Source: Tubiluchus corallicola
Taxonomy: Eukaryota; Animalia; Priapulida
Length of the DNA: 64,000 nt
Direction of reading: 5' to 3'
Assembly (NCBI GenBank): GCA_030141605.1
Contig: JAQGDQ010000314.1
Coordinates: forward strand, 186,001-250,000
Position numbers and translations under genes: made by a program. This document shows, in pieces, positions 23,201-32,099 of the stretch. Each line of letters opens with the position of its first letter. The stretch's first letter is position 1. The notes beneath the pieces are model-generated. The model did not search any database. It was given only the letters and a program-made list of their open reading frames with translations, and was not told the DNA's origin.

Positions 23201-25412
23201 TTGAGGCGACATCTTGCAGAACCTCTTCTAACTTTTCTTCTGCACTCAGCATTACTTTTGCTGGTGGAATGTCCTTGCTGCCGTTTTTGTACACATAAAG
23301 AGGTATCCCAGCCGGTGGGTAATCAATGTTTTGGAAACTTTCTTCATTAGTGGCAGCTGCCAGACAATCTCCTGACTGCAACGATTTTAGATCGTTGACT
23401 TTAGAGCCATCTGGAATTTGATAGAGCTGCTCGGCATGGCCCACTTTAAAAGGAATCTTTGATGCAATATCTTGTAGAACTTCTTCTAGTTTGTCTTCTT
23501 TGCTCATTATTATTCTTATGGGAGGAACAGACTTGTCACCGTTTTTGTACACATGGATTGGCACACCTGGTGAAGGGTAATCTAAACTTGAGAACTTCTC
23601 TGTACTTGTAGCAGCAGCTAGGCGGTCACCTGGTTTCAACTCCTTGACATTGCTAATTTTCTTGCCATCTGAGATACGATATAATTGCTCAGCATGACCA
23701 TCTTGAAAAGCAATGTTTGGTGCAACATCATCTTGCAGGATATCCTCTAGCTTATCATCTTGGTTCAATATTAGTTTTATGGGTGCAACAGTTTTGTCAC
23801 CATTCTTGTACACATAAACAGGAAAACCAGGTGGTAGGTAGTCAATATTTTGGAAGGCTTCACCTTTAGTAGCACCTGCTAAACGGTCTCCTGGCTTCAG
23901 CTCTAATATGTCTGTGATTTTTGAACCATCAGAAATGCGGTACAGTTCCTCTGCATGGACATCGTGGAGAACTTCTTCCAACTTGTCTTGCTCAGTCAAC
24001 AAAACTTTTATAGGTGCAACTGCTTTTTTACCATTTTTATAGACATAGATTGGAAAACCAGGAGACGCATAAATCATGTTTTCAAAACTTTCGTCCATGC
24101 CAGCAGCTGCTACACGATCTCCTGATTTAAGTTCTTTAATGTTATTGATTTGAGAACCACTAGGAATGCGGAATAACTTTTCAGCTTGGATATCTTCAAG
24201 AAGTTCCTGTAGTTTCTCATTTGTGTTCAATATGAGTTTTAGGGGAGGAGAAGTGTCACCATTTTTATACACATAGATCAGAACACCAGGAGGAGGGTAG
24301 TTAACATTTTGAAATGTCTCGTCCTTAGTAGCAGCTACTACACGGTCCCATGATTTCAACTCAGTTGCCTCTCTGATTTCACAACCATCACTGATTCGAT
24401 ACATTCGTTCTGGTTGTCCCTCAGGGAATGGAATTTTTTCTGCAATCTCCTGAAGAACCTTTGTTAATGTGTCTTCTTCTTTCAATATTACTTTTTCGGC
24501 AGGTATCCTTTTGTCGCCATTTTTATAAACGTAGATTGGAACACTTGGTTTCGGATATTTTATTTTCTGAAACTTGCGTCCCTTGGTGGAAGCCACTAAT
24601 CGATCATCTTGTTTCAACTCTTTTATGTCTGTGATTTTAAAACCATCTGGGAGTCGGAACAGTTGCTGAATAGGTTCATTTTTAAAAGAAATTTTTGTTG
24701 ATAAGTATTCACGAAGGCCTTCCAGTGTCGTATCTTGGTTAATTATTAATGTTAAGGGATGAAACGACTTGTCACCATTTTTGCATACATGAATTGCAAA
24801 CTCTTCACCACCCGTGTCAACAGAATCAGCAGAATCTTTGGACTGCAGGGATGGTCTTTGTCCTCTTAGTCTTGATTTTTTCTGGTAAAATCTGGGATCC
24901 TCTGCTATTGTAGGCCGAATCTTTGATTTTCGAATAACCAAGCCTTTAGCAATTTGAAAGTGCTCAGCTCTTGGTTTTACAAGGCGATTGGGATCTCTAG
25001 CATCTTTTTTCAGCTCAGGTGGTGGATATTTGACCTTTTGGAACTTTTCTGGCATCGAGGCTGCTGCTAACCGATCCCATGATTTCAATTCTAAAGCATC
25101 AGTTATTTTTTTGCCATCCTTTATGCGGAATAACTTCTCCACTTGGCCAGCATTGAGAAATATTTTTGAAGCAACACTTTGAAGAACATCATTAAGCGTA
25201 TCAGCCTGATCGAGTATCAGCTTTATGGGATTGAAGAACTTGTCGCCATTCTTGTAGACGTAAATTGGAATGGGTTCTGCAATTATACTTACTCTTGCTG
25301 GAACCAAACTGCCTGTTCGACTGTGCGTAACTAATTGTGGTACATCTAAAGTAGCAGAGGTAGTAGACGCTTTACCACTCATTCGTCGTTCCACTGTGTC
25401 TAATTTTTCCAT
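20232..25412 (-). CDS. Giant multi-doublecortin (DCX)-domain protein, 1726 aa, 18 DCX-like domains plus a Trp-rich C-terminal motif, single coding exon
   Basis: Eighteen 76-87 aa units with consensus P[IV]YVYKNGD..PP.KL.L...D.LE.VLQD.A.KIPF..G..EQLYRI.DGSKI....LK.GDRLAAAT..E.FQN.DY. This matches the DCX fold pattern (YRNGD...L..L...G.V..LY..DG..I..L.EL..G..YV....F....Y). Confidence 0.85.
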   Translation of the reverse strand: MEKLDTVERRMSGKASTTSATLDVPQLVTHSRTGSLVPARVSIIAEPIPIYVYKNGDKFFNPIKLILDQADTLNDVLQSVASKIFLNAGQVEKLFRIKDGKKITDALELKSWDRLAAASMPEKFQKVKYPPPELKKDARDPNRLVKPRAEHFQIAKGLVIRKSKIRPTIAEDPRFYQKKSRLRGQRPSLQSKDSADSVDTGGEEFAIHVCKNGDKSFHPLTLIINQDTTLEGLREYLSTKISFKNEPIQQLFRLPDGFKITDIKELKQDDRLVASTKGRKFQKIKYPKPSVPIYVYKNGDKRIPAEKVILKEEDTLTKVLQEIAEKIPFPEGQPERMYRISDGCEIREATELKSWDRVVAATKDETFQNVNYPPPGVLIYVYKNGDTSPPLKLILNTNEKLQELLEDIQAEKLFRIPSGSQINNIKELKSGDRVAAAGMDESFENMIYASPGFPIYVYKNGKKAVAPIKVLLTEQDKLEEVLHDVHAEELYRISDGSKITDILELKPGDRLAGATKGEAFQNIDYLPPGFPVYVYKNGDKTVAPIKLILNQDDKLEDILQDDVAPNIAFQDGHAEQLYRISDGKKISNVKELKPGDRLAAATSTEKFSSLDYPSPGVPIHVYKNGDKSVPPIRIIMSKEDKLEEVLQDIASKIPFKVGHAEQLYQIPDGSKVNDLKSLQSGDCLAAATNEESFQNIDYPPAGIPLYVYKNGSKDIPPAKVMLSAEEKLEEVLQDVASKIPFKDGYAEQLYRIPNGSKINDVKSLKSGDRLAAATNKETFQNIDYLPSSIPVYVYKNGDTSLAPIKLILSCDDNIDTVLQDVGKKIPFEDGHPKQLYRIPDGSKIKDVKSLKPGDRLAAATDKETFKNIDYLPSDIPVYVYKNGDASMLPKKLSLSNDDQLETVLQDVAAKIPFKEGQAEQLYRIPDGSKIKDVKSLKPGDRLAAATNKEKFQNVDYLPSDIPVYVYKNGDASVPPLKLTLNSDDKLDMVLQDVTTKIPFKDGHAAQFYKIPDGTRVKDLKDLKPGDRLAAATKKEAFQKIVYPQPGFPVYVYRNNDKSFPPVRLFVNKEDKLEEILQAVATKVPFKEGRVEQLFRISDGSKIKDVKDLKSGDCLAAATNQEKFQNTNYAPAGRPIYVFKNGDKSTPPTKLILTQDDKLKDVLEGINAKQLYRISDGSKIKELSELKSGERVAAADDGEDFQKIDYPATSFQIYVYKNSDKAFPPIRLLVDQEKKVEEILQDVATMISFKEGRRPEQLFRIPDGYKIKDAKDLKTGDRLVAATKGAKYQNINYLPSGFPVYVYKNGEESSPPVRFIVNENDELQEILQAVAEKITFNEGHAEQLFHIPGGFKINETKELKPGDRLAAATDQEKFKNINYLPSGFPIYVYQNGNKSPPVRLLVNQEDKLEHVLKTISTKIPFKEGGAEQLFRIPDGSKIKSTNDLKSGDRVAVAATKEAKFQNIDYPPSGLQIYLYKNGDVNFAPVKLTVNEDNTLEDIVQDAAKKVPLVDGHVEQLYRIADGSKIKYANELKQGDHLAAATKKDKFQNVDYPLAGVPAHVYRNGDSYSSPTKFILNKEDNLEAVLQDIPTKIPFETGKAEVLYRIPDGSVVNDLSELKPGDCLAAATNGEDFQNVAYKPLLSGKRRSTKPHKDKGKRAKSSSHVGRSMGSLDHIYGSTEDLREWYLQQTQPTGSFAWWSTCFDRSDKWKQEHEDLYRLKKKFAKPKM

Positions 25413-26215
25413 TGTAAATGTTGTAATTTCCAGATTAATTTGTTAGTTGTTTTTGACAGATTCTTTTCTGTGGTTTCCACGTCACAACCAGTTTCAGGTA
25501 ACCCAGTAGCAATCAAACCACCTTCTGCTGACCTAAAAGACGTCATTAGATATTGTTGAACTCAATCAAAAATGTGTTACAGTATATAACTAGCTGTTGC
25601 TTTTTAATTTTAGATAGACTGAAAATGTTGAATTCTTGATGTATTTCTGTGAAAAGGTGTCAGCTAATTATCTAACACAAAGTAGAAAGCTGAACTTTAA
25701 AAAAACTGAGCAAGATATTTTTGCATTACATGCATTTGGATTACATTCATGTAATTTTAACATTATGAGGTGGAACAAGAATTGACGTCAACATATTTGA
25801 CAATTAATGCCAGCCAACCATGCAGAAAACTCTGCTTAATTAATTTTAGGTAGCTTTAACATTATATACAGTTAAAAGCATTAACACGCTTTCTACTTTT
25901 GTCGTTCAATGAAAATACTGCCTCACGGGCAGCCGTTTTTCTAGTGCACGGGCTTTTTCATGGAACACAGGCCGTTAGTGCGTTGTACTCTAATTGATAT
26001 TTTGTGAATAGTGACCGCCAGTTTTTGTAAAATTTTTGTATTTGCCAATATTTAGCTGTATGTTGGTGTAGCAGTAAACGGATTTATACTTACTCCGTGG
26101 GAGCTAAGCCCGCTTGCCTATCAGATGGTAAATCTAGGCACACACTCATTCCCAGACACACTGGGAATGCGAGTGCATAGCAACTAGTAACCATAGATGC
26201 TAGAGATGTCTAAAT

Positions 26216-26230
26216 GTTGCCATGGGCGAC
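26216..26230. promoter_or_regulatory. RFX X-box-like element upstream of the 18-DCX gene
   Basis: GTTGCCATGGGCGAC, 122 bp upstream (minus sense) of donor GGA|GTAAGT at 26094/26093. The matching acceptor is TCTTTTAG|G at 25533/25532. Confidence 0.55.
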
Positions 26231-26314
26231 TGTTTAAACACAGGATAGAAAACTGAGAGCACGAAGTAAATCCCATGTTAAAAGTGTTACCGTACACGAA
26301 GATTTGGGCAGCTG

Positions 26315-26537
26315 CAAGACAAGACAAGACAAAAGACAAGACAAGACAAAAGACAAGGCAAGGCAAGGCAAGGCAAGGCAAGGCAAGGCAAGGCAAGGCA
26401 AGGCAAGGCAAGGCAAGAGAAGAGAAGAGAAGAGAAGAGAAGAGAAGAGAAGAGAAGAGAAGAGAAGAGAAGAGAAGAGAAGAGAAGAGAAGAGAAGAGA
26501 AGAGAAGAGAAGAGAAGAGAAGAGAAGAGAAGAGAAG
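26315..26537. repeat. Compound pentanucleotide microsatellite (AAGAC)n(AAGGC)n(AAGAG)n
   Basis: Directly visible; explains the spurious ORFs at 26184-26595. Confidence 0.97.
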
Positions 26538-27084
26538 ATATTTATTTAACATGAGTCAGAAAAGCGATTTTACAAGTTCCTGGTTGCATGTATAATACAA
26601 ACATTGTGACTTAATACATAAAGACAAAAAGCAGAAGCACAAAAAAGCCAAGATTGCAATCTGAAAAGAACTTAAAATAATGAAACAAAGCAAAAAGATT
26701 TAACATGTTAAAAATGATGCTATAAAAATACAAGCAATTGAAAAAAAAAGTTATATGATGCACAGCCAAAAAGGAGAATATAAAAGAAAATTAAAGCAAT
26801 AAAAGACAATAAAAATCCAAAATTTTAAAAAACTAATAGAAAGCTAAGATTGCAAGCAAATGAAAAAAAGCCATATGGAAAATAACTTATGTAAATCAAA
26901 TAAAGGCAATAATATTAAAAGCAAAATTCATAAACAATATGCAGGTTAATATCAAAAGCATCTGAACAAAAAAGAAAACATGTCAAAATTTAAATTCAGC
27001 TTAAGAAGAGGAAAATACTATTAATTAAAATAATAGTTTTTACCACTTAACACAAACATTTTGCTCTAGGATAATAGAGTGTTG

Positions 27085-27085
27085 G

Positions 27086-27117
<32 letters not shown>

Positions 27118-27136
27118 GTGATGATGATAATAATAC

Positions 27137-27211
<75 letters not shown>
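27085..27211. repeat. (GAT)n(AAT)n microsatellite
   Basis: Directly visible. Confidence 0.95.
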
Positions 27212-27212
<1 letters not shown>

Positions 27213-28092
27213 GCATATTAATGGTAGAAAGCTTTTATAGCAAACAGCATGGAAGGGAGTATTGTCTTTGTAGAACTTGAAGAATATTAGACTGCTATAG
27301 GCTGGTTTACAGCTGGTAGTTAGAACACACCATGAGGTGCAGGTGACTGAGCAGTACAGACCAAGTCCACAAACTGGATTAAACTTGACTCAAATAAATA
27401 ATGTTAACTGTAGGTGGCAGCACATGTTATTTTTATTATGATAAATTAAATTAAAAATCGCAAAAGAATGTGCGATAACAACAACAACAACAACAACAAT
27501 AATAAGCAAGCGTGACTAGCTGCAAAAATGCCTGTCACGTAGTGATGCAATCAAAATGTTGTTCCATTGGAGTGAAGGGGGAGAGGTGCTCCTGGAGGCA
27601 GAATGAGAGATGTGCGCTTGAGTTAGTGTATGTTGACTTAGCAACAAAGTAACAATTTCAAATTATCATGGCATCTTATATCAATTAAGTAACTGCTGTG
27701 AAGCCTATCAATTATGGAAAGAGTAAAAGTTGGCATTAACCAATTATTTTAAAGTGCCATCAAACAGAATAAGTACTTTAGTGTTATTTTTTTTCTGTTA
27801 TGAATTTTTCTCTTATGAACTATGGACCTTTGGTAAATACATGCGCTTTAGAAATTCATAGCAATTAAAGGCTATTCAAAAATGAAAAAAAATCTTAAAC
27901 GGTTTACCATTATCACACAAAATACATTTAACTTTGTTTAATGTAAAATGTTACTATGTATAGCAGTAATTTGTCAAATAATAGTAACGACACTAAAATT
28001 AATCAAAGTATTAAGCCTATGCTAAACCAAAACAAGATTTAATAAATAACTTAATGTATGCAGATAATACAAAACCACTCCAATTTCTTCTC

Positions 28093-28434
28093 CTATTTTG
28101 GTTTCTTCAACATACAGAAGATTTCATGTTTTTTCTGCCAATCGCTAGTCATCTCTTTTTCATTGCGTACGTCCCACCACGTCCATGAGCCCACTGCAAA
28201 TTTTTGCGTTTTATAAAGGTCTCTTAGGTCTTCACTGCTTCCATAGAAAAAGGGGCGGCTGTATTTTTGAGTAGAGCCGCTGGAGGCGACCACTTTTTCC
28301 TTATCTAACTGCACGGTTGTAGCCTCAGCAGTGTTTTTGTCGCTTTCTTTTACTGATTTCTCCCCAGTCTCTCTTATATCAGTAAACTCTTTGCTTTGCT
28401 CTGATGCCTGTGTTCCTGCGCCATTAGTCGACAT
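28093..28434 (-). CDS. Small 113 aa paralogue of the DCX-cluster genes with no DCX domain; keeps the Trp-rich C-terminal motif
   Basis: C-terminus FYGSSEDLRDLYKTQKFAVGSWTWWD...SDWQKKHE aligns with the C-termini of both neighbours. Good start context (AAAATGTCG). Acceptor (T)nCAG|AT at 28664/28663. Confidence 0.75.
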   Translation of the reverse strand: MSTNGAGTQASEQSKEFTDIRETGEKSVKESDKNTAEATTVQLDKEKVVASSGSTQKYSRPFFYGSSEDLRDLYKTQKFAVGSWTWWDVRNEKEMTSDWQKKHEIFCMLKKPK

Positions 28435-29636
28435 TTTCGTTCCCTGCTTGACTAGCGGAATTTCGTAATGTGTTTCACTAGCGGTGCGTACGTAACGTAC
28501 ACAATCGAATTCCTCGTTTACCGACTGCTAAAGTTTTATTGTTGCCACCTTCCCGATTTTCTGTAAGTTTCCCAATAAGAAGTAGTCAAGATCAGGCGTT
28601 GATAAAATGCTAAGGAAGAGTGATTCCACTGAGATACATGAGAGAAGAAAAGAATTTGGAAATCTGAAAAAAAAACAAAAGTAAAATAAATGAGTAAATA
28701 AAATAAAATGAATTAACGCGTCCATTAAGACAGTACTTCATAGGAAGTATCTAGTTTTTCTCATTTTTATAGGTTAAATGTCAAAATCAAGCAGAAAATG
28801 TTTATTTTTTCGACTTTCTTAGCAATAACGGCGGATAAGTGTGGAAAAATTTCTGTTTTAAGTAGCGTTTGTGTAGCATCCGGAATGTGTTATCTAGCTG
28901 CGGAATAGCTGCGAAATAAAAAAAATCAATAGGAAATACCCGCAGAAGAAAATGTCGCATAACGCAGGTCTGACAAACGGCTGCATTGAAAACAATATAA
29001 ACCGATTTTATTTATTCCATAACCCCTCATAACTCATTCGCATTAGGGGTGCTACATAAATGTCACTTTACCGTGTTAAATTTACATACAAATTGGATAA
29101 AGATTCTTAGGTCCTATAGCATTTTTAAGAGGGACTTATTTTTTTTGTCCACTAGCCAACTTTCCCAAAAAGTATATAAACATAAAAGTCATTAATTTTT
29201 GTTGGGAGTTTATTCCTGGATAGATAGTTTGATCACTTCTGGTCTTCTTCAGCACCCAAAACTGTGTAATAGGAAATGCTGTCATGCTAGTAAAATTGCA
29301 ACGCTTCGAAACAAATACTCAATGAATTCATGCTTTCTGTTTGTAACTTCACATAACGAACCATTTAGTCTCTGTGCTTGCCGGATATGCAGGGCTAAAA
29401 ATTTTAATATCTGTTTTGAAATAAACAAAAAACACAAAAACACAAAAACTACAACCGTGATTGTTCTGTTCGTTTGTTTGGTTTATTTTCTATTATCTGA
29501 GCGGAAATGCGCGTGTGCGTAAATGCGTGCATGGGCATGTTTTCAGGATTTTTTTTTCGAAAATATCTGTAATCGATTTACTATACTCACTGTAGTTGGC
29601 TTCTTCTAGTATTTTTGATCGCACTGCATAGAAACT

Positions 29637-29650
29637 GTTGTCTTAGTAAC
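29637..29650. promoter_or_regulatory. RFX X-box-like element upstream of the 113 aa gene (CRE palindrome TGACGTCA at 29692-29699 nearby)
   Basis: GTTGTCTTAGTAAC, 46 bp upstream of minus-strand donor ACA|GTGAGT at 29591/29590. Confidence 0.5.
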
Positions 29651-30050
29651 GAAATAACGACAGAAAAATAATGCAATACTGACATATAAAATGACGTCAT
29701 TCTGTGTCCATGTGCCTCTACTCATTTGAATTTGGTCGTGGATTTAACAATTTCTTCTTTATTATTCTGCTGCAATCTTCTACATTAACTTTGTTGCCTT
29801 ATGTATGTCGGTTATGTATACGGGCAAATGTCATGATTAAAAAATAGTATGATTATATAATATTTAAATTTTAATGCACAGCACAAATGTGTGCAAACGT
29901 AAAAATTAAATAGATAACTGATATATAAGAACATAATTATTATTATACAGTAACAAAATCCATTAAGTGTCATCAGTTTCTTAACTTTCGCTAGGCGTAC
30001 AAGTAAATAATAATTTTCGTTGTAGCTATTTTTACTGAGCTGCAAACAAT

Positions 30051-31211
30051 CTAATTTTCATGTGCCCCTGTTTTGGGGCAACATAGATCTTTCGCGTGTT
30101 TACGGGTTGACCTCAAGTAGGCATCGATCCATTTGTGCCATTTACTTGATCTGTCGTAACACGTATTCCACCACGTCCACGAGCCCACTGGTTGCAGTTG
30201 TGACTTGTACCATTCGTCAAGATCCTCGGTGCTCCCGTAGAAGATAATGTGAGCATTTTTTGATTTTTCAAATCCAGAATTTTTTGCTTCTTCGCTGTCC
30301 TTTTCAGTCACATCAGTAGCCCTTTTTGTTTGAAATTCGTCTTCTTTATATACAGGACTTTCATCGTATTCGTCCAACTTCTCCAGTTTACTATCTGTTG
30401 CTGTTAAGCGCCGTGACATTTTCATTGTCTCCAAATTCTTCTTGGCAGAACTTTTCGCTTTTTCACTGCCCTTTTGAGTCACTTCAGTCAGACTTTTTGT
30501 TTGAAGTTCATCTTGCAAATATATAGGGGTTTCATCAAGTTCATCTAGCTTCTCCAGTTTACCACCTTTTGCTATTGAGCTTTGTAACAGTTCCATGGCG
30601 TCGTGCATGGCGAAAGTATCTCCATGAAATGTATGCCGTCTTCTAGATGTTATAACTTTCCTGAACGCCACAAAATCATCGTCGTCATCCTCTGCTTTTG
30701 GTCTCTGTGATTTTTGCTGGACAGTTATATCCCTTTTAGAGAAGGGCTCTGCGGGAAGCGAATGCCGCTTCTTGGATTTTCCAACAACGATTCCCTTGGA
30801 CACCTTAAAATGCTCGGCTTTCAGTTTTTCCAGACGATGAGGGTCCTTGATGTTTTTCTTTAGCTGTGGTGATACATATTTAACGTTTTGGAACTCTTCA
30901 TGCATTGTAGCAGCCGCTAAACGATCCCAGGATTTCAACATTTTCTCATCCGTTATCAGGGAACCATCGGCAATCTGGTACAGCTGGTCAACATGACCAC
31001 GAGTTAACGAAATCTTTTTGGAAATAATTTGCAAAATCATCTCTAGCGTTTCATGTTGATGAAATATCAGTTTAATAGGTGTGAAGAATTTGTCTCCATT
31101 CCTGTACACGAAAACTGGAATGGGTTCCGGAATGCGATTCACTCGTGATGGAACTAACTGTCCAGTTTTGCTGTGCTTGACCACTGGTAAGAGTGCGTCC
31201 TGCTCTGCCAT
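30051..31211 (-). CDS. Single-DCX-domain paralogue, 386 aa, with an internal acidic duplication and the Trp-rich C-terminal motif
   Basis: First ATG is at 31211 (the ORF track starts at a TTG). PIPVFVYRNGDKFFTPIKLIF...LYQIADGSLITDEKMLKSWDRLAAATMHEEFQNVKY closely resembles DCX unit 1 of the 1726 aa protein. C-terminus FYGSTEDLDEWYKSQLQPVGSWTWWNTCYDRSSKW. Confidence 0.85.
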   Translation of the reverse strand: MAEQDALLPVVKHSKTGQLVPSRVNRIPEPIPVFVYRNGDKFFTPIKLIFHQHETLEMILQIISKKISLTRGHVDQLYQIADGSLITDEKMLKSWDRLAAATMHEEFQNVKYVSPQLKKNIKDPHRLEKLKAEHFKVSKGIVVGKSKKRHSLPAEPFSKRDITVQQKSQRPKAEDDDDDFVAFRKVITSRRRHTFHGDTFAMHDAMELLQSSIAKGGKLEKLDELDETPIYLQDELQTKSLTEVTQKGSEKAKSSAKKNLETMKMSRRLTATDSKLEKLDEYDESPVYKEDEFQTKRATDVTEKDSEEAKNSGFEKSKNAHIIFYGSTEDLDEWYKSQLQPVGSWTWWNTCYDRSSKWHKWIDAYLRSTRKHAKDLCCPKTGAHEN

Positions 31212-31745
31212 GTTTGGCTTTCTCAATTCTTCGAAGTTGAAAAGGTTGGATTAGAGACGTTGATGTAGCTTGTTTTGCTCAGAATTACTGATTCCATTTT
31301 TCGTAGCTTCGCTTAGTCACTTTTTTCCAAGATTAATGACCTGTAATTCATTGGTGAGAACAAAGAAATTTGAGAATATTGGCTTGACTAAAACAAAGCT
31401 GACAAGACTTGCAGAATTATCCCCGATAATTAGCTAGATTCCTATCCAATTAAAACCATTAAATTAGGCCTATATTAGTAGGTCTAGAACTTGCTATTAA
31501 TGCTGGATTTCGTCTTGCGTTCAGTATGGTATTCAGCGAAAGCTAAGAACCTTCTTTTTGGAGAGAGTATACTTACCGAACGTTGTTTTTATAAAAAACT
31601 ATTTCTGTTACGATGAGACACAGTACCGGGCAAAGGTGTCTTGGTCATCCTCTGATTTAAGGGAATGTGTGCAAACTATTCAGAGACAGTTTTCCAAGCA
31701 GACTTCCATTCACTTACAGAGCAGGACCAGCTTTGCTTAGCTTCG

Positions 31746-31759
31746 GTTGCTAAGCGTAC
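31746..31759. promoter_or_regulatory. RFX X-box-like element upstream of the single-DCX gene
   Basis: GTTGCTAAGCGTAC (one strong half-site), 169 bp upstream of minus-strand donor TCG|GTAAGT at 31577/31576. Acceptor TTACAG|G at 31341/31340. Confidence 0.42.
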
Positions 31760-32099
31760 TCTGTGACCTCTCCGCTATTTCATTTGTCTTTTGTAATTTC
31801 AGTTAAAAAACCAAAAAAGTAACTGCCGTGAACATGGGCTTAAGATTTTCGTGAGATGTTTGTTCCAAAAGAAAAACGGAAACGAAAAGAAAATGACCAT
31901 TGTTGTCTTTGTCACAAAGCTTATGTTTAGCAATATTATTTGAATTCTTAGCATTCGTTATTTCATAATTCATAATCCGTAATAATTAATAGAGATTTAG
32001 CATATTTTGCTATTGATCCCTCTACTTTTCCGAACGCACTGTAAAAAACTAAAAATTTGTGAAGACGCCACCAGTGGAGGACTTCATGTCATCTGTATA

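Noticed and set aside
20232-25412. CRISPR-like or satellite interpretation of the ~258 bp periodicity
   Set aside because: It is an open protein-coding repeat with synonymous divergence in a eukaryotic locus, with no repeat-spacer structure or cas genes.
26184-26595. ORFs encoding REEKR, FSSLL and ALPCL repeats
   Set aside because: Translations of a pentanucleotide microsatellite.
25532-31577. Idea that the three DCX-cluster ORFs are alternative terminal exons of one gene or are trans-spliced
   Set aside because: Each ORF has its own nearby upstream donor and X-box-like site, so three separate genes is the simpler reading. RNA-seq would settle it.
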